Assembly: GCF_009914755.1 (NCBI RefSeq)
Contig: NC_060927.1
DNA: 64,000 nt
DNA from: the human T2T-CHM13v2.0 reference genome, Homo sapiens
Strand: one strand, 5' to 3'
Below the pieces are notes generated by a model, which saw nothing but the letters and a program-made list of their open reading frames with translations, had not been told where the DNA came from and ran no database searches. Below, in pieces: positions 27,615 to 42,007 of this stretch. The position numbers and the translations under genes were made by a program. Every line of letters starts with the position of its first letter. The stretch's first letter is position 1.

Positions 27615-28930
27615 TCTATGATAGAAGATGTACTGGATTTAGGATCAGAATACCTGGCTTGGGACCTGGTCCTGTTGTTTACTACCTGGGTGACTTTGGA
27701 CCAAATTATTTAAACTTTTCTGACCTTTATTTTCCTCATTTGTAAAAAAGCACGGTAATACTTCTGCACATATATTTTATGCAACTAAGCTGAGGCATTG
27801 ATGTGCAATAGATTGTAAAGTGCCATCCAAAGGTGAAAAGTAAGGTGTGAGGATCTCACGTGGTGCTTTGGGTTAGCCAGATTATAAGGAGATACCAAAA
27901 CATATCATAATGAATTCCTTTGAGATTTAAAAGCAGAAAATGTGAAGCAGCCTGAATATCCAAACATAGGTAATTGGTTACATATATTTTGTTACTTCAT
28001 AGAATACTATATGTAGAGCCATTGAAATTATGCAGTAAATCTATGTTTATTGCCCTAGAAAGGTGTTCACATTTATTCGTGAATCATCAAAACATGCTAT
28101 TAAAATATTGCATAATCATATTTTATTAAAATTATAAATTTGTGCGTTATTTGTATACACACACAAATATAAAGCATATAAGATGTACAGTGGCTATCTA
28201 TGCATGTGGGAATTGAGAATAATTTTTTTCCATTTTCATATTCTAATTTTTCTAAAAAATAGATAACTTACGTAAAGCCACACAAAAGCACATACCCCTA
28301 GAGACATATTAAAAATTCCCATTGAATCCAGAAATCTCTGTAATCTCTGACAACTCCTGTCTCTCTGATCCCTTAATATCCAGTCCATGGCCAAGGCTCG
28401 TTGGAGTCAGCGTTCTCTTGGGTGCCAGCCCTTTGTTTTCATTGCCCTGAAAACCAATATCTCAAATTCGGAATTCATGCCTTCTCATTTGTGGATGCAA
28501 CAAGCTTCTAACTAGTCACTCTGGTTTCAGTCTCTACCCTTCTAGTCCATCTTCGTAATATCCTCAACTCACAAATCTTTTCTAAAGCACAGAGCTGATT
28601 CTGTTATCTTTAGGTCCTCTCTACCTTCCTGAAGCCAACCTCACATATATTTTATGGCTTCCCTTTGTTTAATAACATTCAGTTTACACTCTTCAACCTA
28701 ACGTTAAAAGTCCTTCATAATATAGCTAAGATTTATTTCACACTCCCACACACGCCCTTTCTCCAGTCAAACGTAGCTATCGTTCTCTGAAAAGAACATA
28801 CCCCAGACTTTTCTGCCTCCATACCTTGGGCCATCATATTCCATCAGTTTGTATTGTTACTGCCTATTGAAACACTACCCATGATTTATAGCCCAGCCAA
28901 ATTCCCCATTTTTCAGAATTCTAGATGTGC
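27615..28930. mobile_element. Cluster of MIR, L1ME and L2 fragments
   Basis: MIR core (gtgactttggaccaaattatttaaac), L1ME 3' motif (gaagcagcctgaatatccaaacatagg) and L2-like sequence. Confidence 0.5.
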
Positions 28931-31900
28931 TGCTTCCTACCTCTGAATCGCATATCTTCTTTGAAATTTATCCTTCCATTTATTCATGTCATTTTTTAGC
29001 ATCTGCTTTACTTCAGGGGCTATTGTACCTCAAATATAGAGGTAAACAAGCCAGAAACGCCCTTGCCCTTGAGTAAACAACAATCTAATACTTAACATTT
29101 CTCCTTTATTTAAATCTATTGACTTATAGATAAACTTTCCTTACCTACCACCTTCTCTTACAACATTATACAGATGTTTATTATAGGCACATCGAGTATT
29201 ATTTGTGTTTGATTCTCTCATTTAAACTACCACGTTATCTTACAAATTGAAGATATCCAATAAAAATATAGTTAGAAGGGCATAGAGACAGATAGAGTTA
29301 GATATGTGTATTTTTCCAGCAATGTAGTTATATACATACATATATATTATATATATATTAGCCTTTAACCATGTTACTTTTCCCTGTTGAGTGTTTTCAA
29401 AAATTATATTTGATTCCTAATTAGTATTATTGTTTCATCTCTAAAATAAAAAGAACTAGTTATTTCTCCCAGTTGTATCTAGGGGAATCCAAGATGAGAC
29501 TGATATTTGTTAAGTAAAACTGAAGCAAAAAGTACATTCTTCTGTCATAGAACAAGTAATGTTACAAAACCCATACTTGGCTATTTGACCTAGAGTTCAG
29601 TGGCCAGTGAGTTGCTTTTTAATTAACGGATGTCAGCCTACAGAATGTAGAGGTTTAAAGCTATACCAAATTTGGACACTCCAAGGTATTCATGTCCTAT
29701 AAACACAGTATGTCTCCAAGTTATGTTGCTGTTTTTAAAAAAAAGTCAAGAAAGCCGTTAGTGCAATTTTCTCCTCTTCTTTTGTTCCTAAATAAATGAT
29801 TCATTTAGTAATTTCCCTTGGAAAAGTGAACTCCTTATTATCCATTAAGTACCTCCGCTCTTTATGTTATAGTTTTTCCTCATTTAAAAAAGACGATGTT
29901 AGCTATTTTCTTTTAAGAAAAGAGGCTGGGTGATAAAGATTATTTACACAAAAGTTCTTTTCTTCTGAGACACAGCTGTAAAAAATTTAAGTTAATATTT
30001 TAAAATTAATTCTGTTGTTTCAAGTGACTCTTTAGCATAGTTGTTTTAGCCCAAACCTACTGAGTCCATTAAAAACAAAACAAAAACACTTTTTAAATTT
30101 TAAGGTAAATCTGCATGTAAGGAATTGGGTATGTTCATATGGTTTCGTGTATGAGAGATTTCATACTGCAAAATTCCACCCACATTGTTTTTGCATGTTC
30201 TATTATATTTCAAATACAGCTAAAGAGCTTGTGCTTATCTGAATCCTATGGTAAACAGGATGTGTTGCTGATATTTTATTTTCCCAACTGAATTATAAGT
30301 TTCTTTATTGGGCATGGGAATCTCTGTGTATTCCTTGTGTAAGTATGTGTCTTGCAGGAAATGAAAACATTTGTTGATTTCATTTACTTAATTATATATT
30401 ATTTTGTAAAACGAATGCTTCTTTTACAGTAGGAATGGTTTGTTTTATCAATCTGCGTTTGCACATATTGGTCTAACAAATTAGTTTTAAGACAAACGTG
30501 AAGTGTGGAATCTTAATTTGTGGCCTGAATATAGATTTTTGATACATTCTTAATTCTCAAGAAGATTTATTTATATAAACTTTTCATATTTTATGGAATT
30601 TATATTCAAGATATTGAACATAAATATTAGCAGATATATTTTGGTAACTCTACAGGAAGTTTAATTTTCTATCTATAATGCTGAATTTTCTAAATACAAA
30701 AAATGAAATATATTTGATACGTGAAAGAGGAGTTAAAATGCAGATTTTCTTCTGTTGTCTGTTGTTTGAGATTAGAAATCATGAAGCACTTTTCTTTACT
30801 TTCTGCAGGGTAGCTATTTCATTTCAGATCCATATTGGTGTGGAAATTTAGCTCAAGAAGAAGAATTGCCTGATGTCTTATTTAATACTATACTTCTATG
30901 AGTTGTCCTCTCTACTTTTTCTTGAAGTTATACGCTGGCAAAACTACTGTCATTGCCCTTGCTTTTCATCTTTGCTGCACATTTACTTCTCGACAGGCTT
31001 AAATAATGGCTAAAATGGTTGAAATGATTTATGCCTGTAGAGTGATGTCTTCATTTGCTCTGTTCACATTCCTTTTTTTATCTTTTATTTTTTTTTACTA
31101 ATGGTCTGGTGAACACCTAGTGTAGGTGCATTTTATTAGCGAGTATATTCCTCTAAATGCAGTTCCTAAGCTGAAAGAAATGGGCCATAATCTTATAAAA
31201 GTAAAGTATCTCTTTGTAGAATTTACTAGAAATGGAATGTCCTTATTCCTGAGGCATAAAACATAAGAGACTTTTTTTTCCTCTCACTATAAGACTGCTC
31301 TTTATACTAATGTTGATTAAGTGTATCACATCAACAGCTGTTGTGACTTGTAGGAAAATGAATGATTCTACTGAAAATCTCTATTAAAAGGTGTAACTTT
31401 CTTGAAATTTCTAGTTATCTACAATTGTCTTCTTCCTATTGGGACTGGAGGATTGGTTCCTGGTCTCTACAGATTGCTTCACTGTTACTTCATAAAACTG
31501 CAATTAATAATGGTGAGCTAAGATCATTCTGGATTTGATGTACTGCCTTATCATCATTGAACGAGAGTCTCTAAATGTGCTATTTAACAACTTATCGGGA
31601 CTTTGCACTGATTAATTCATCTGGTCATAGTCTGAAGCCTGACATGGCATCTTGTAGGCCTTTCATTCCGTTGGGATCAATCTCATCATTTTATATGAAA
31701 TGAACTTAGTACTTCATAGGCTTAGTTGGAAAGAAATTTTAACCATCAGCAGTAGGATGTGACACTGGAATTTAATTTGTTGGCCTATGAGAACACAGAA
31801 GATCTCATCTTTTGCTGAACTTTCTAAATATAAATTAAAGTTATCAGAGAATCAAAATGATTTTGACATTTGAACTTCAGTAGAAGGCCAATACATTTAA

Positions 31901-32019
31901 AGTAAGTATTCTCCTTCCTGAAACATTCAGTGCTTCATCAACAGCACATATCACGTAAGAAAATATTATTCCTTGTGGAGAAGAGCATGGGTCATTGCTA
32001 CTGGCTCTTAGAGTAGACA

Positions 32020-32440
32020 TTATGTTGGGGCCACACAGCATCTATTCTCCCTTTATTCTGATGCTCGAACCCTGAATTCCCTCTGAAGAAGCATCTACCT
32101 CTCATTGTGTGTAGCATTATGGTGCTGGCAGTCAAGTTTTCTTGGCTTGCTAACCCAGGAGTCAGACTCATGGCCAAAGTTATTGAGCTTTCTTCCTTGG
32201 GACTTGGACTCTTAAGGAGGAGAATAGGAGGAAAAAAAATTATGCGGAGCTAATTAATTCCAGAAGTGGCGATCTGAATGTATTATATCTTGCTCTTAGG
32301 CTCACCAGAACTAGATTAGTTCCTGATTCTCCTGAACCTAGATTTCCCTTCTAGATTGTGAGCTACTCTTGCATTTTCCAATAAATTACCTTTTTCATTA
32401 ATGTAGCCAGAATCAGTATATGTTATTTTCCTCTCAAAAA
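32020..32440 (+). mobile_element. Old MaLR/ERVL LTR
   Basis: 3' motif ccaataaattaccttttt...gtagccagaatcag typical of MLT1-type LTRs. Confidence 0.45.
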
Positions 32441-32507
32441 CCGATAAAGCTCCCTTTTAATATTGCTGAATTTTGAAAGTAATGTGCCACTCTTTGATAG
32501 TTCTTTA

Positions 32508-32807
32508 TTTTATTTTATTTTTCTGAGGTGGAGTCTTACTCTGTTGCCCAGGCTGAAGTGCAGTGGTGTGATCCTGGCTCACTGCAACCTCCGCCTCCTG
32601 GGTTCCAGAGATTCTCTTGCCTCAGCTTCCTGAGTAGCTGGAATTACAGGCATGTGCCACCATGCCTGTGTAATTTTTTGTATTTTTAGTAGAGATGGAG
32701 TTTGACCATGTTGGCCAGGTTGGTCTAAAACTCCTGACCTCAAGTGATCCATCCTCCTCAGCTTCTCAAGGTGCTGGAATTACAGGCATGAGCCATCATG
32801 CCCAGCC
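32508..32807 (-). mobile_element. AluS SINE
   Basis: Full dimer; TSD tgatagttcttta at 32495-32507 and 32808-32820. Confidence 0.95.
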
Positions 32808-32899
32808 TGATAGTTCTTTAGAGAATAAAATGTAGTAGGATAGAGTTTACTACAATATAAACTATATCTTTAGTAGGCATTCCCAGGGTTAGGAGTTTA

Positions 32900-34040
32900 T
32901 TGCAATCCCAAATGTCAACCAGGGTCTATGAAAGGCTCTAGGGCCTGCTTCCAGCCAAGCTCTCTACACTCATGGAATCCCAGCCTTCTCTTGGGTGAAG
33001 ATGTCCCAGTCACTCCTGTTTTCTTTCACTTCTTGGAGCATGACACGTTCTTTCCTGCCCCAGTGCCTGTATACTTGCCATTCCTTCTACCAGAAATTTT
33101 ATTTAATTTCCATTTCTCTCCCCATCAACAGATGCCATCTCATCCTTCAGATCTAAGCAAAATCTCAAGACTTCTCTTGTCCACATTTCTCAAAATAGAA
33201 TAACTCATCTCATATATTCTATTGCCCAATTGACAGTTTCCATGGGGATACCTCAGAGGCATTTCACAAGTAACCTGCTCTACCCAGATCTTTGGCTCCT
33301 CCCTTTTCTAGCCAATTTCTCTCTCTCACTTCACCATTCATCATTACCATTTCACAATTTCTAAAGCCGGGGGTCAGCCTTTGATTCCTTTCTTTGTATC
33401 ACCCCACACTAAGGCACAAGCCAGTCCTGTTGGTTCTAACTTTGCATAGACCTAAAATTCAATTATTTCTATTTCATCTTCAAAGTTGTATCCTATCCCA
33501 GTTACCATCTTTTGCATGGCCAACAGCAATACTCTCCTACTTTATTTCTGTTTCTTCTCTTTACCTCATGCAATATAAATGACTGCATATGTTACCCTGT
33601 TTAGAATCTCCCGTGGCTTCTAATTCCAAATAGGCGAAAAAAATATCCAGATTCCCAACTGACCAACAAGGTTCTGCATTATTTCCAATTTAAGCACCTT
33701 CTTTTCCTTCTTTCCCCTTTTTCGTCATTCCCTTTTCCTTTCCCTTCCTTCCTTTCTATCCAGCTACTCTGAGCTGTACTATCTTTGCACAGGCTGTTCT
33801 CTCCAATGGAATGCTTTTCCCAGATTTTTGCAGCACTGGCTCATTCTTCTTATTTAAGTCTCAGCTCAAATAACTTTCCCACAGAGAGAACTTCCTTGAC
33901 CACTGATTCTAAAGGATAGTCCTCATGCCAATCTCTATCACAACATCTTGTTTCAAAGCTTCGAAACAATTACCCTTGTGAAATTATCTACTTCATGGTC
34001 TTGTTTTACTCATTTATATGACTTACAAGGGCATATTTTC
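32900..34040 (+). mobile_element. L2 LINE fragments
   Basis: ctttgcacaggctgttctctccaatggaatgc and aagtctcagctcaaa motifs. Confidence 0.6.
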
Positions 34041-34854
34041 ACATCTTTTTTTTTCCGTCGGCTATGCTTAAAAACAAAACTACTTTCTGTTTGGCTGTTA
34101 CCTTTTCTTCACCCCTATTTTTGTTATTAGGTAACGCACTTTCATGAGTTAATGAAAACTACAGAAATAAGAGCTAATAATTCCATTACCTGTGTTTACA
34201 TAGTAAAAAGAGTCTCAAGATATGCTATTTGGGAAGTTAACAATTTAAAATAAGCATTAGTGTGGCTTAATATTTAAATGAGATACAAAAAATATCCCGT
34301 TTAGAAATGAGAATTATCTGAGTGAGAGAATTAGATTGGATTAATATTTAGTTATTATAATAAAGCACTTAAGTACATGAGTTCCTTGAGGGCAGGACAT
34401 TTTCATTTTTTGGCATCTTTGTTTCTTTGTCTCACATGTTTTCTCTGCGTTCAAGAGGAGCCACATCAAATGGTTGCTGAGTTGAACAAAATGCATATTT
34501 CAGAATTCTATTAATGTTCATGATCCAAAATTATTTTTTGAGGAAATGAAGTAAGTTGTCTTCACTTAGAATTAAAGAAGGAAAGTCCAGTGAATTTATG
34601 AATGTCAATAAATGTGGGAAAGATTCTCAGTTTCTTCGTCTTATTTGAACACAAACATGAAAGTTTAGGAATGAGATGAGATTTTTCTATTATGCATTTG
34701 AGATTTTGCATTATATTGAAAAGGGAATTTTTGGAACCTGGATTTTTTTGGACCTCTAGGCTCTTTTCTAGTATTTTGGATTATTAGTCTCTAATATGTG
34801 TTAATTCTGATAACCATGATAACCAGTGTATTCAAGGTGCCAAAACACTGATGA

Positions 34855-35235
<381 letters not shown>

Positions 35236-35692
35236 AATAATCGTTTTTATATCATCAAAGATTGAAGTCGTCATGTGACTGCTTACAGAAAAGAAGCTAT
35301 ACTTAATTCAAAATAACTACAGAACTCTCATCTTTCACACTCTTTCCTTCCTGGCATGGATGGAAGGAGAGAATAAAGCTTGTTTATTGCCCATTCCCCA
35401 CCCCCTATTTTTTTTATCATTTTTTTTCTCTCTCATGAATTTTCCCATTTGGGTACAACACAATTTAACAGTCATTGGACAGCACCAACATCTGGTTAGA
35501 AGATTGCAAAACTACTGCTTTGGTGCATTAAAGGTACACTTGGAACTTGGAATGATTTGTTTTTCCCCTATTGGTGACAATTGTGAATAAAATGTCCCAC
35601 TAAAACAATTATAGGTAGCTAGTTTTCTGAAGGACAAAAAACTTATTTCAATACTCTTAGCTTCACATTTTTTAGGTCATATGATTGGTGTC

Positions 35693-35850
35693 TTGACTTT
35701 GCTCATATGTATAAATATGTATGTATATGCATATATATGTACATATATACACATTGACTTTGACTTTGCTCATACAAATAAATATGTATATGTATGTGTG
35801 TATATATTTATATATATAGAGAGAGAGACAAATAGAGAGATAGAGAGAAA
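35693..35850. repeat. TA/GA-rich low-complexity tract with a ~67-bp tandem duplication
   Basis: ttgactttgctcata at 35693 and 35760. Confidence 0.75.
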
Positions 35851-35934
35851 ATCTGTGCCAATGCAGCAATGTTTATGGAAAACCAGTTTTCAGAAAATTA
35901 TATTAGGTTTCATTTAGAGATACACCCTCCTAGA

Positions 35935-36230
35935 ACAGAAGCTGCAAACTGGCAGTCTGTGGGCTGAAATAGACCCCAGAGCCTGGTTTCATTTGTCCTT
36001 GGTATTTTATTGTTGTTGTTTTGGTGGTGGTGTTGTTATTGTTGTTGTTGTTACTTAACCTTTAACAATCAGGAGATCTCACAAAGAAATCCAGATTTCC
36101 AGTTTCTCCTGAAAAATCAGGAGACACTATAAGAAATCGTGTGCACTTCAAACGCTGACAATGCTGTGATTTTAAACTGCAAATGGCAACAATTTAAGGG
36201 CTTCCATCCCTTCATCTTGATGTTTCTCTT
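35935..36230 (+). mobile_element. MER102-like hAT element containing a (TTG)n tract
   Basis: aatcaggagatctcacaaagaaatccagatttccagtttctcctgaaaaatcag. Confidence 0.65.
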
Positions 36231-36879
36231 CCGTATCAAATGGTGTAAGCTACAGGCACTGAAATGCTTACCCAGAATGCTCCTTGGCTTAATGGGGTAT
36301 TACCTGACATCCTATTCCACCTGTAATTTCCCCCCCCAATTTCTATGTTATAACAATTTTTCCTCCATAAAGTTTTCACATTTGGGCCTATTTTCTCCTT
36401 CTCTTTGATATGGCTTTCATTCAGGTCATATTTTTCTCGCTTCAAGGCTGCTAAATGTAGCTGTGTGTATTAGCCGTCACCACCCCCTTCCCTTAACATT
36501 TCATCTGCTGGCTCCACCCCATTTTGCACACCAGTTACATATTTACAGGCTCATATCACACAAGCCTTGCCTCTGTTTCTTAGTTCTTGTCCTCAGGCCT
36601 CCAGTGACAACACAGAACCAATGTCCACTACTTAACCTACAGTCAGCACTCAATCGGTTTTCTCACTTCATTTTGCATTATTCCGTATATGAATAATCAG
36701 CCAATATGCCCATTTCCCTAGCACTGAAATAGGCATCTTCCAGCCTCTGATGCCTTTGCTCCCTGCATCACCTCCTTCTCTCCACCTGTGCAAAGAGACT
36801 GACTGCCTTCAAGACTGGACTTCCTAGACCACCTTGGCCCACAGTTTGCATAATGCAGCTCATCCTGCCTGGTGCATAT

Positions 36880-37180
36880 ATTTTATTTTATTTTGAATCA
36901 GAGTCTTGCTCTGTTGCTCAGGCTGTAGTACAGTGGTGTGATCATAGCTCACTGCAGCCTCAACCTCCCAGGCTCAAGCAATCTCTGGCCTCAGTCTGTC
37001 TAGTAGTTGGGACTATAGGGGTATGCCATTACACCCAGCTAATTTTATTTTTTTGTTTTTATTTTATTTTTTTTTTGTAGAGATGGTATCTCACCACTGG
37101 TCTCAAACTCCTGGGTTCAAGGGATCTTCCCATCTTCTCCAAAAGTGCTGAGATTATAGGCATGAGTCACTATGCTGAGC
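36880..37180 (-). mobile_element. AluJ SINE
   Basis: Diverged antisense Alu dimer. Confidence 0.9.
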
Positions 37181-37979
37181 AATGCTGCATATTTTTAAAT
37201 CATGCCTTGTTTATCCGATTATCTTAAAAGAGGGTTTCTCCAAGCATGGTTTTAAAATGAATGATTTTTTGGGTCTGTCAATGGTGTTTCTCAAATAAAA
37301 TTTAGTCTAATTTTTTGTAACAGCTCTGGCTGTGGCTTTCCTAGATCTCTTTGACACCACCACTGATGTGAACAGGCCCATGACCCATTTGGGGAAAGTC
37401 AAGGGCAATTAGGAGCCTCTTTGCCTTCCTGGCAAAAGCAAGACGATTGAATGAGATGAATGAATAATAAGGTCCTTGAGTGCAGGAGAGTATTTCTTTT
37501 TTGTATTGTTCTCTGCCACACTTACACCTTGTCTCTAGTCTCTCCAATTAATAACACTGAATTGAGTTGGATAAATGATATGAATGTTTGAAGTCGAGAA
37601 GTTAGAAATAATAGCAGTACTCAGAATGGTGATGATGGTAGTAACTCCTGTTGCTTGCATGTTCACTCTGAAATCAAGCAGTGCACTCAGTGCTTTGTGT
37701 CAGTGACTCCAGTGAAGTGCTTGTTCCAAGCCGAATAAGGCATTGCTGTGATTACCCACATTTTAACAGTGAGCAGTGTTCAGCTGGAGTTCCAGAGGGA
37801 GGCAGCAGAGTCACTGTCATGTGAGATGTAACCACTTTGTTCTTAATGAGAAAAACACTTTTTTGAACAACTGAAAGTATCTGTATTATTTTTTTAAGGG
37901 GGAGTGAGGGAGGTTGGAGGTCGACACATTTAAAATTCTGATTGATAACTGTTGTGGAAGTCACTGTAATAAAATGGTT

Positions 37980-38460
37980 TAATGAAATGAATAGAATTTG
38001 GACCTCAAAGACCGAGGTTGGAGATTCAATTTGCCACTTAAGAGCCCTGCAAATTTGAGCAAGATGTAAAGTCTTTCCAAGCCTACATCCCTTAATTTGT
38101 AAAATGGGGACAGTACCACTGCATACCACTTTGTTGTAGGTATTAAAAGGAGGAATTTATATAAAATACTATAAAAAGCATTGTTGCTATTACCAATGGT
38201 TCAAAGTGTGAACTAAGCTCTCAAAAAACATAACTGTATTATTCTGAGTAATGCTTTTAAAGAGGGAAAAAAACAGAGAAGTAATGAAATCACATTCCCA
38301 TAATCTCATAAAGCAAGCATTCTAGTCCCCAGCTAGGAAATTGAGGCTCAGGGAGATAAAGTAACATGGCACAATCACCCAGCTAGTAGATGGCTGAGCT
38401 GAGATTTAGAAACCATGCCTGCCTGATTCCAAATGCCATGCTCTTTTTACTGCACCACTT
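37980..38460. mobile_element. Two oppositely oriented MIR SINEs
   Basis: aatttgtaaaatggggacag (plus) and ggaaattgaggctcagggagataaagtaac (minus). Confidence 0.65.
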
Positions 38461-39157
38461 TGACTTTTTTAAAAATATGCCAACCCATATACTTTTTCTT
38501 AACATTGAAAAAAAAGACATTTATGTTTGAAAACTAACTCATCCTGATAATTCCCAATTAAGATGTTGTCATCTAGCATCTGGCTCAATTTCCTTTTATG
38601 AAATATAGTAAACATAATTCGAGTGTAGCTTAAATGAAGTGTCCAAATGAGATAAAACAGGTCACCTGGGAAATTAGATTTTATAGATTACAAGAATTCA
38701 ATGCCTACGCTGTACTTAATGGACACGATTCTTTTTTTAAAGAAAATTCTTTAGGAAACAATTGATTGGCCTATCAATTTCATTATTATTTCTGTATGAG
38801 ACATCTGTAGCACAGAGTAATTAAAGTAAAAATAAATAATATGAACTTCACCATAAGTGGTGGTGAAGAACATCTCTATCTTCATGGATTTGAGATTCAT
38901 AAGAAAAACACAGGGGCTCTTTGATGCATGTTCTACTTTTTTTCCTTCTACATTGTTTTTAAAGGATTCTATTTAAAAGACCTTTTCAAAAAAAGAAGTT
39001 AGAGAATTTTCAAGCTTTTAACAGAAATGATTCTGGAAATACTTTTTGTCTGCATCAACTTTAGTCCTGAATTAGAGTCTCTTAAAGAGATAATGTCCTA
39101 CTATTAAAATTGCTTGGTGGGGAATTGGGCAGAAATAATCATCTTTTTTCTTTTTAA

Positions 39158-39490
<333 letters not shown>

Positions 39491-40693
39491 ATAGGTGTAT
39501 TTTTAAATTAGGGTTGGGGGTAGGGTGAGATTAAGGACAAGAGTGGATGTGAGGGTATGATGAAGTTGGAGGTGTTGATTTCAACACTGTAGGAAAACAT
39601 TTTTGAGCACAGATCATGTTCTGACGAGTAACTTAAACATTTTTTTTCTTTGGAACATGATGAGGTGGTGGTTACATTCACATGCTGTAGAATCACACAA
39701 ACTGGCATTGAATCTCAGCTTTGGCACTTTCCAATTTTGTAATTTTAGGCAAGTTACTAGAACTCTTTAAGGCTCAATTTTCTTATTGGTAAATTAAGGA
39801 TAATAACTGCTTCACAGGGTTGTCATGATGATTCAGCAAAATCATCAATAAATATCAATAAACATTGTCAATGTTGATGTTATTGTTATCATTATTTTGG
39901 TGTTGTCTAATTAACATGACATATTTATTAGAGTTTCCTACAACCTTATAAAGCAATTTTTAAGAATGTCAACTACTTAAGTAAGAGCTGTCCTTTTACA
40001 ATATAATAGATTCATTAAATGCTGAAAAAGACGCAGCATACCTATTTAGATAAAATATCAAATGTTACCTTTTTGACATATTAAAAGTGATCATAAAATC
40101 AAAAAATTATAAAACCGTGCCTTCTAGTAAATAATCACAGGTTTAGCTGTATTTTCAAAAGTGCGCAAATCTGTACTCATTAGGAGAACATATTGATTTG
40201 TGTGCGTATTTCAAGCAACCATTTTACGCATGCGGAGCCCATGGCCGACAGCATTCTCCCCTGGGAAGGTGGCTTCTCTAATTGCAGTGAATGGTGATTC
40301 TATTTGTAGACATATTTTCCTATAGCAAGCATTCCTTTCTGTGATTATTATTTAAAAATACTTGTCCTTAAATTATTTAGTCTTCTTGGCTATAAAGGAG
40401 AAAAATCTACAGCACTGCAAAGACCTCACAGATAATATAAGTCTGAGTAGAAAATGCATATTAAGTCTTACCAACAAAGTAATCTATGTTTCCTGCAATA
40501 CAGGGACCACAAGAAGCATTTTAATAATAAAGATCCTCAAACAACCACTTAGGCCACATAAGAATTTGAAAAAAAAAGAAAAGAGTGAAAATCAGAAGTA
40601 CTACTATTTGAACGGTCAGGACAATTTCCTCCTTCTCCCACACTATTCCTTGCTTATAAACAAAAGCAAAATTTTCACACCAATAGAAAATCA

Positions 40694-40798
<105 letters not shown>

Positions 40799-41375
40799 CT
40801 AAGTGGAAACAGAATTTGTGATATAAAAAATTCATTAAGAACCCAAATTTATAACATCGAGTTTTATATTTAGAAACTACTGCCATATTATGGGAAAATT
40901 TTATCTCTATAGTTTTTCAGTTCACTGTCCAATGTTAAGTCTTAACATTTTATTCATTTGTGTTATTTTAAAACATTGACATTGAAAACTAAACTTTATA
41001 TGATATTTCTTTGCCCAGCAACAAAGATTGTTACAAGACCTTACAATTTCTCAATGTGAAAGAATAACAGATTAACAACTAGCCATGGATTTGTAAGAAA
41101 CAAACAAACATTCAGTAGCTGTTTTAGTATTTTCTATAGCCTATAGAAAAGCATGCTGCAAAGTGGTATGCAAAGAGACAAATAACAATAAAACACAAAA
41201 GCATCTTTTCAGGAATTTATTGGGTGGGAATAAGAACCTTATGACCTAAACCAGGCCAAGTTGAGCTCCCTGAAGGTGTTGACGAGACCTATTACGAACC
41301 TTCGGTGCAGTGCACTTGACTTTCATGGCTTGCTCGCAATGAGCTCTGCTTGAATCAGCACTGCAAGGTACTCAC

Positions 41376-41466
41376 CTGTGTGTTCCAAAGGGAGGCCCAA
41401 GGTGTGGGACTGGGGAGCAGTGAGCTGCAGCCTCCCTTGTCTCTGGATGTCCAGCATTCCTCTATC
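41376..41466 (-). other. MDFIC2: 5'UTR exon of MDFIC2 (probable exon 1; 5' boundary uncertain)
   Basis: Consensus donor CAG|gtgagt at 41376/41375, 577 bp upstream of the coding exon; locally GC-richer unique sequence. Confidence 0.7.
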
Positions 41467-41700
41467 CTGACAAAAATGAGTGAAGAAGCAAATACACTCC
41501 CTCCCGGGGTGGTGCTAGATTTGTATTGCTGCCAGAAGCATCTAACTTGCGGCCGAGAGTTTTTTTTGTGTTTTTTTTTTAAGGTAATATAAAGCCTGTG
41601 GTTGAAAACAATAAAAACCTTCTCCAGGCTAGCACTTATTTAAAATGACATTCTGCAAAATAGGAAAAAAATAATGAACTTTTCAACTGGACCAAGTTTC
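41467..41700 (-). promoter_or_regulatory. Probable MDFIC2 proximal promoter (no CpG island, no clear TATA box)
   Basis: Inferred from position only. Confidence 0.4.
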
Positions 41701-42007
41701 TTCCATCCCTGCCATTCATTACTTCAAGTTAATATTAAAAGATGTAGAAAAAAATGTATTGAAAAATATACACAGGCTATTTTGGTTAAAAGAAAAGAAA
41801 GGGAAACCTTTAAAGCTACACTCTGGAAATTCATCCTGTAGTTGATAGTTTGAAAAGTGAGTGTTTTTTCCACCTAATATTTTATAAACAACAAGAAAAC
41901 ATTTCAAGTTTTTTTTGATCATCTGTAGATATTCCAAAGGGAGTTTGGAATAACATTCCAAAGATGATATGTCATTAAATTCTTAGGTAAGGATAATACA
42001 GATTTTT

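Noticed and set aside
40300-40321. Nearby minus-strand last exon that would end the protein as ...WLKEGKYVYK*
   Set aside because: The acceptor lacks a polypyrimidine tract (aaaggaatgcttgctatag), and the recalled MDFIC2 sequence continues differently (DTQLTN...) from a distant exon
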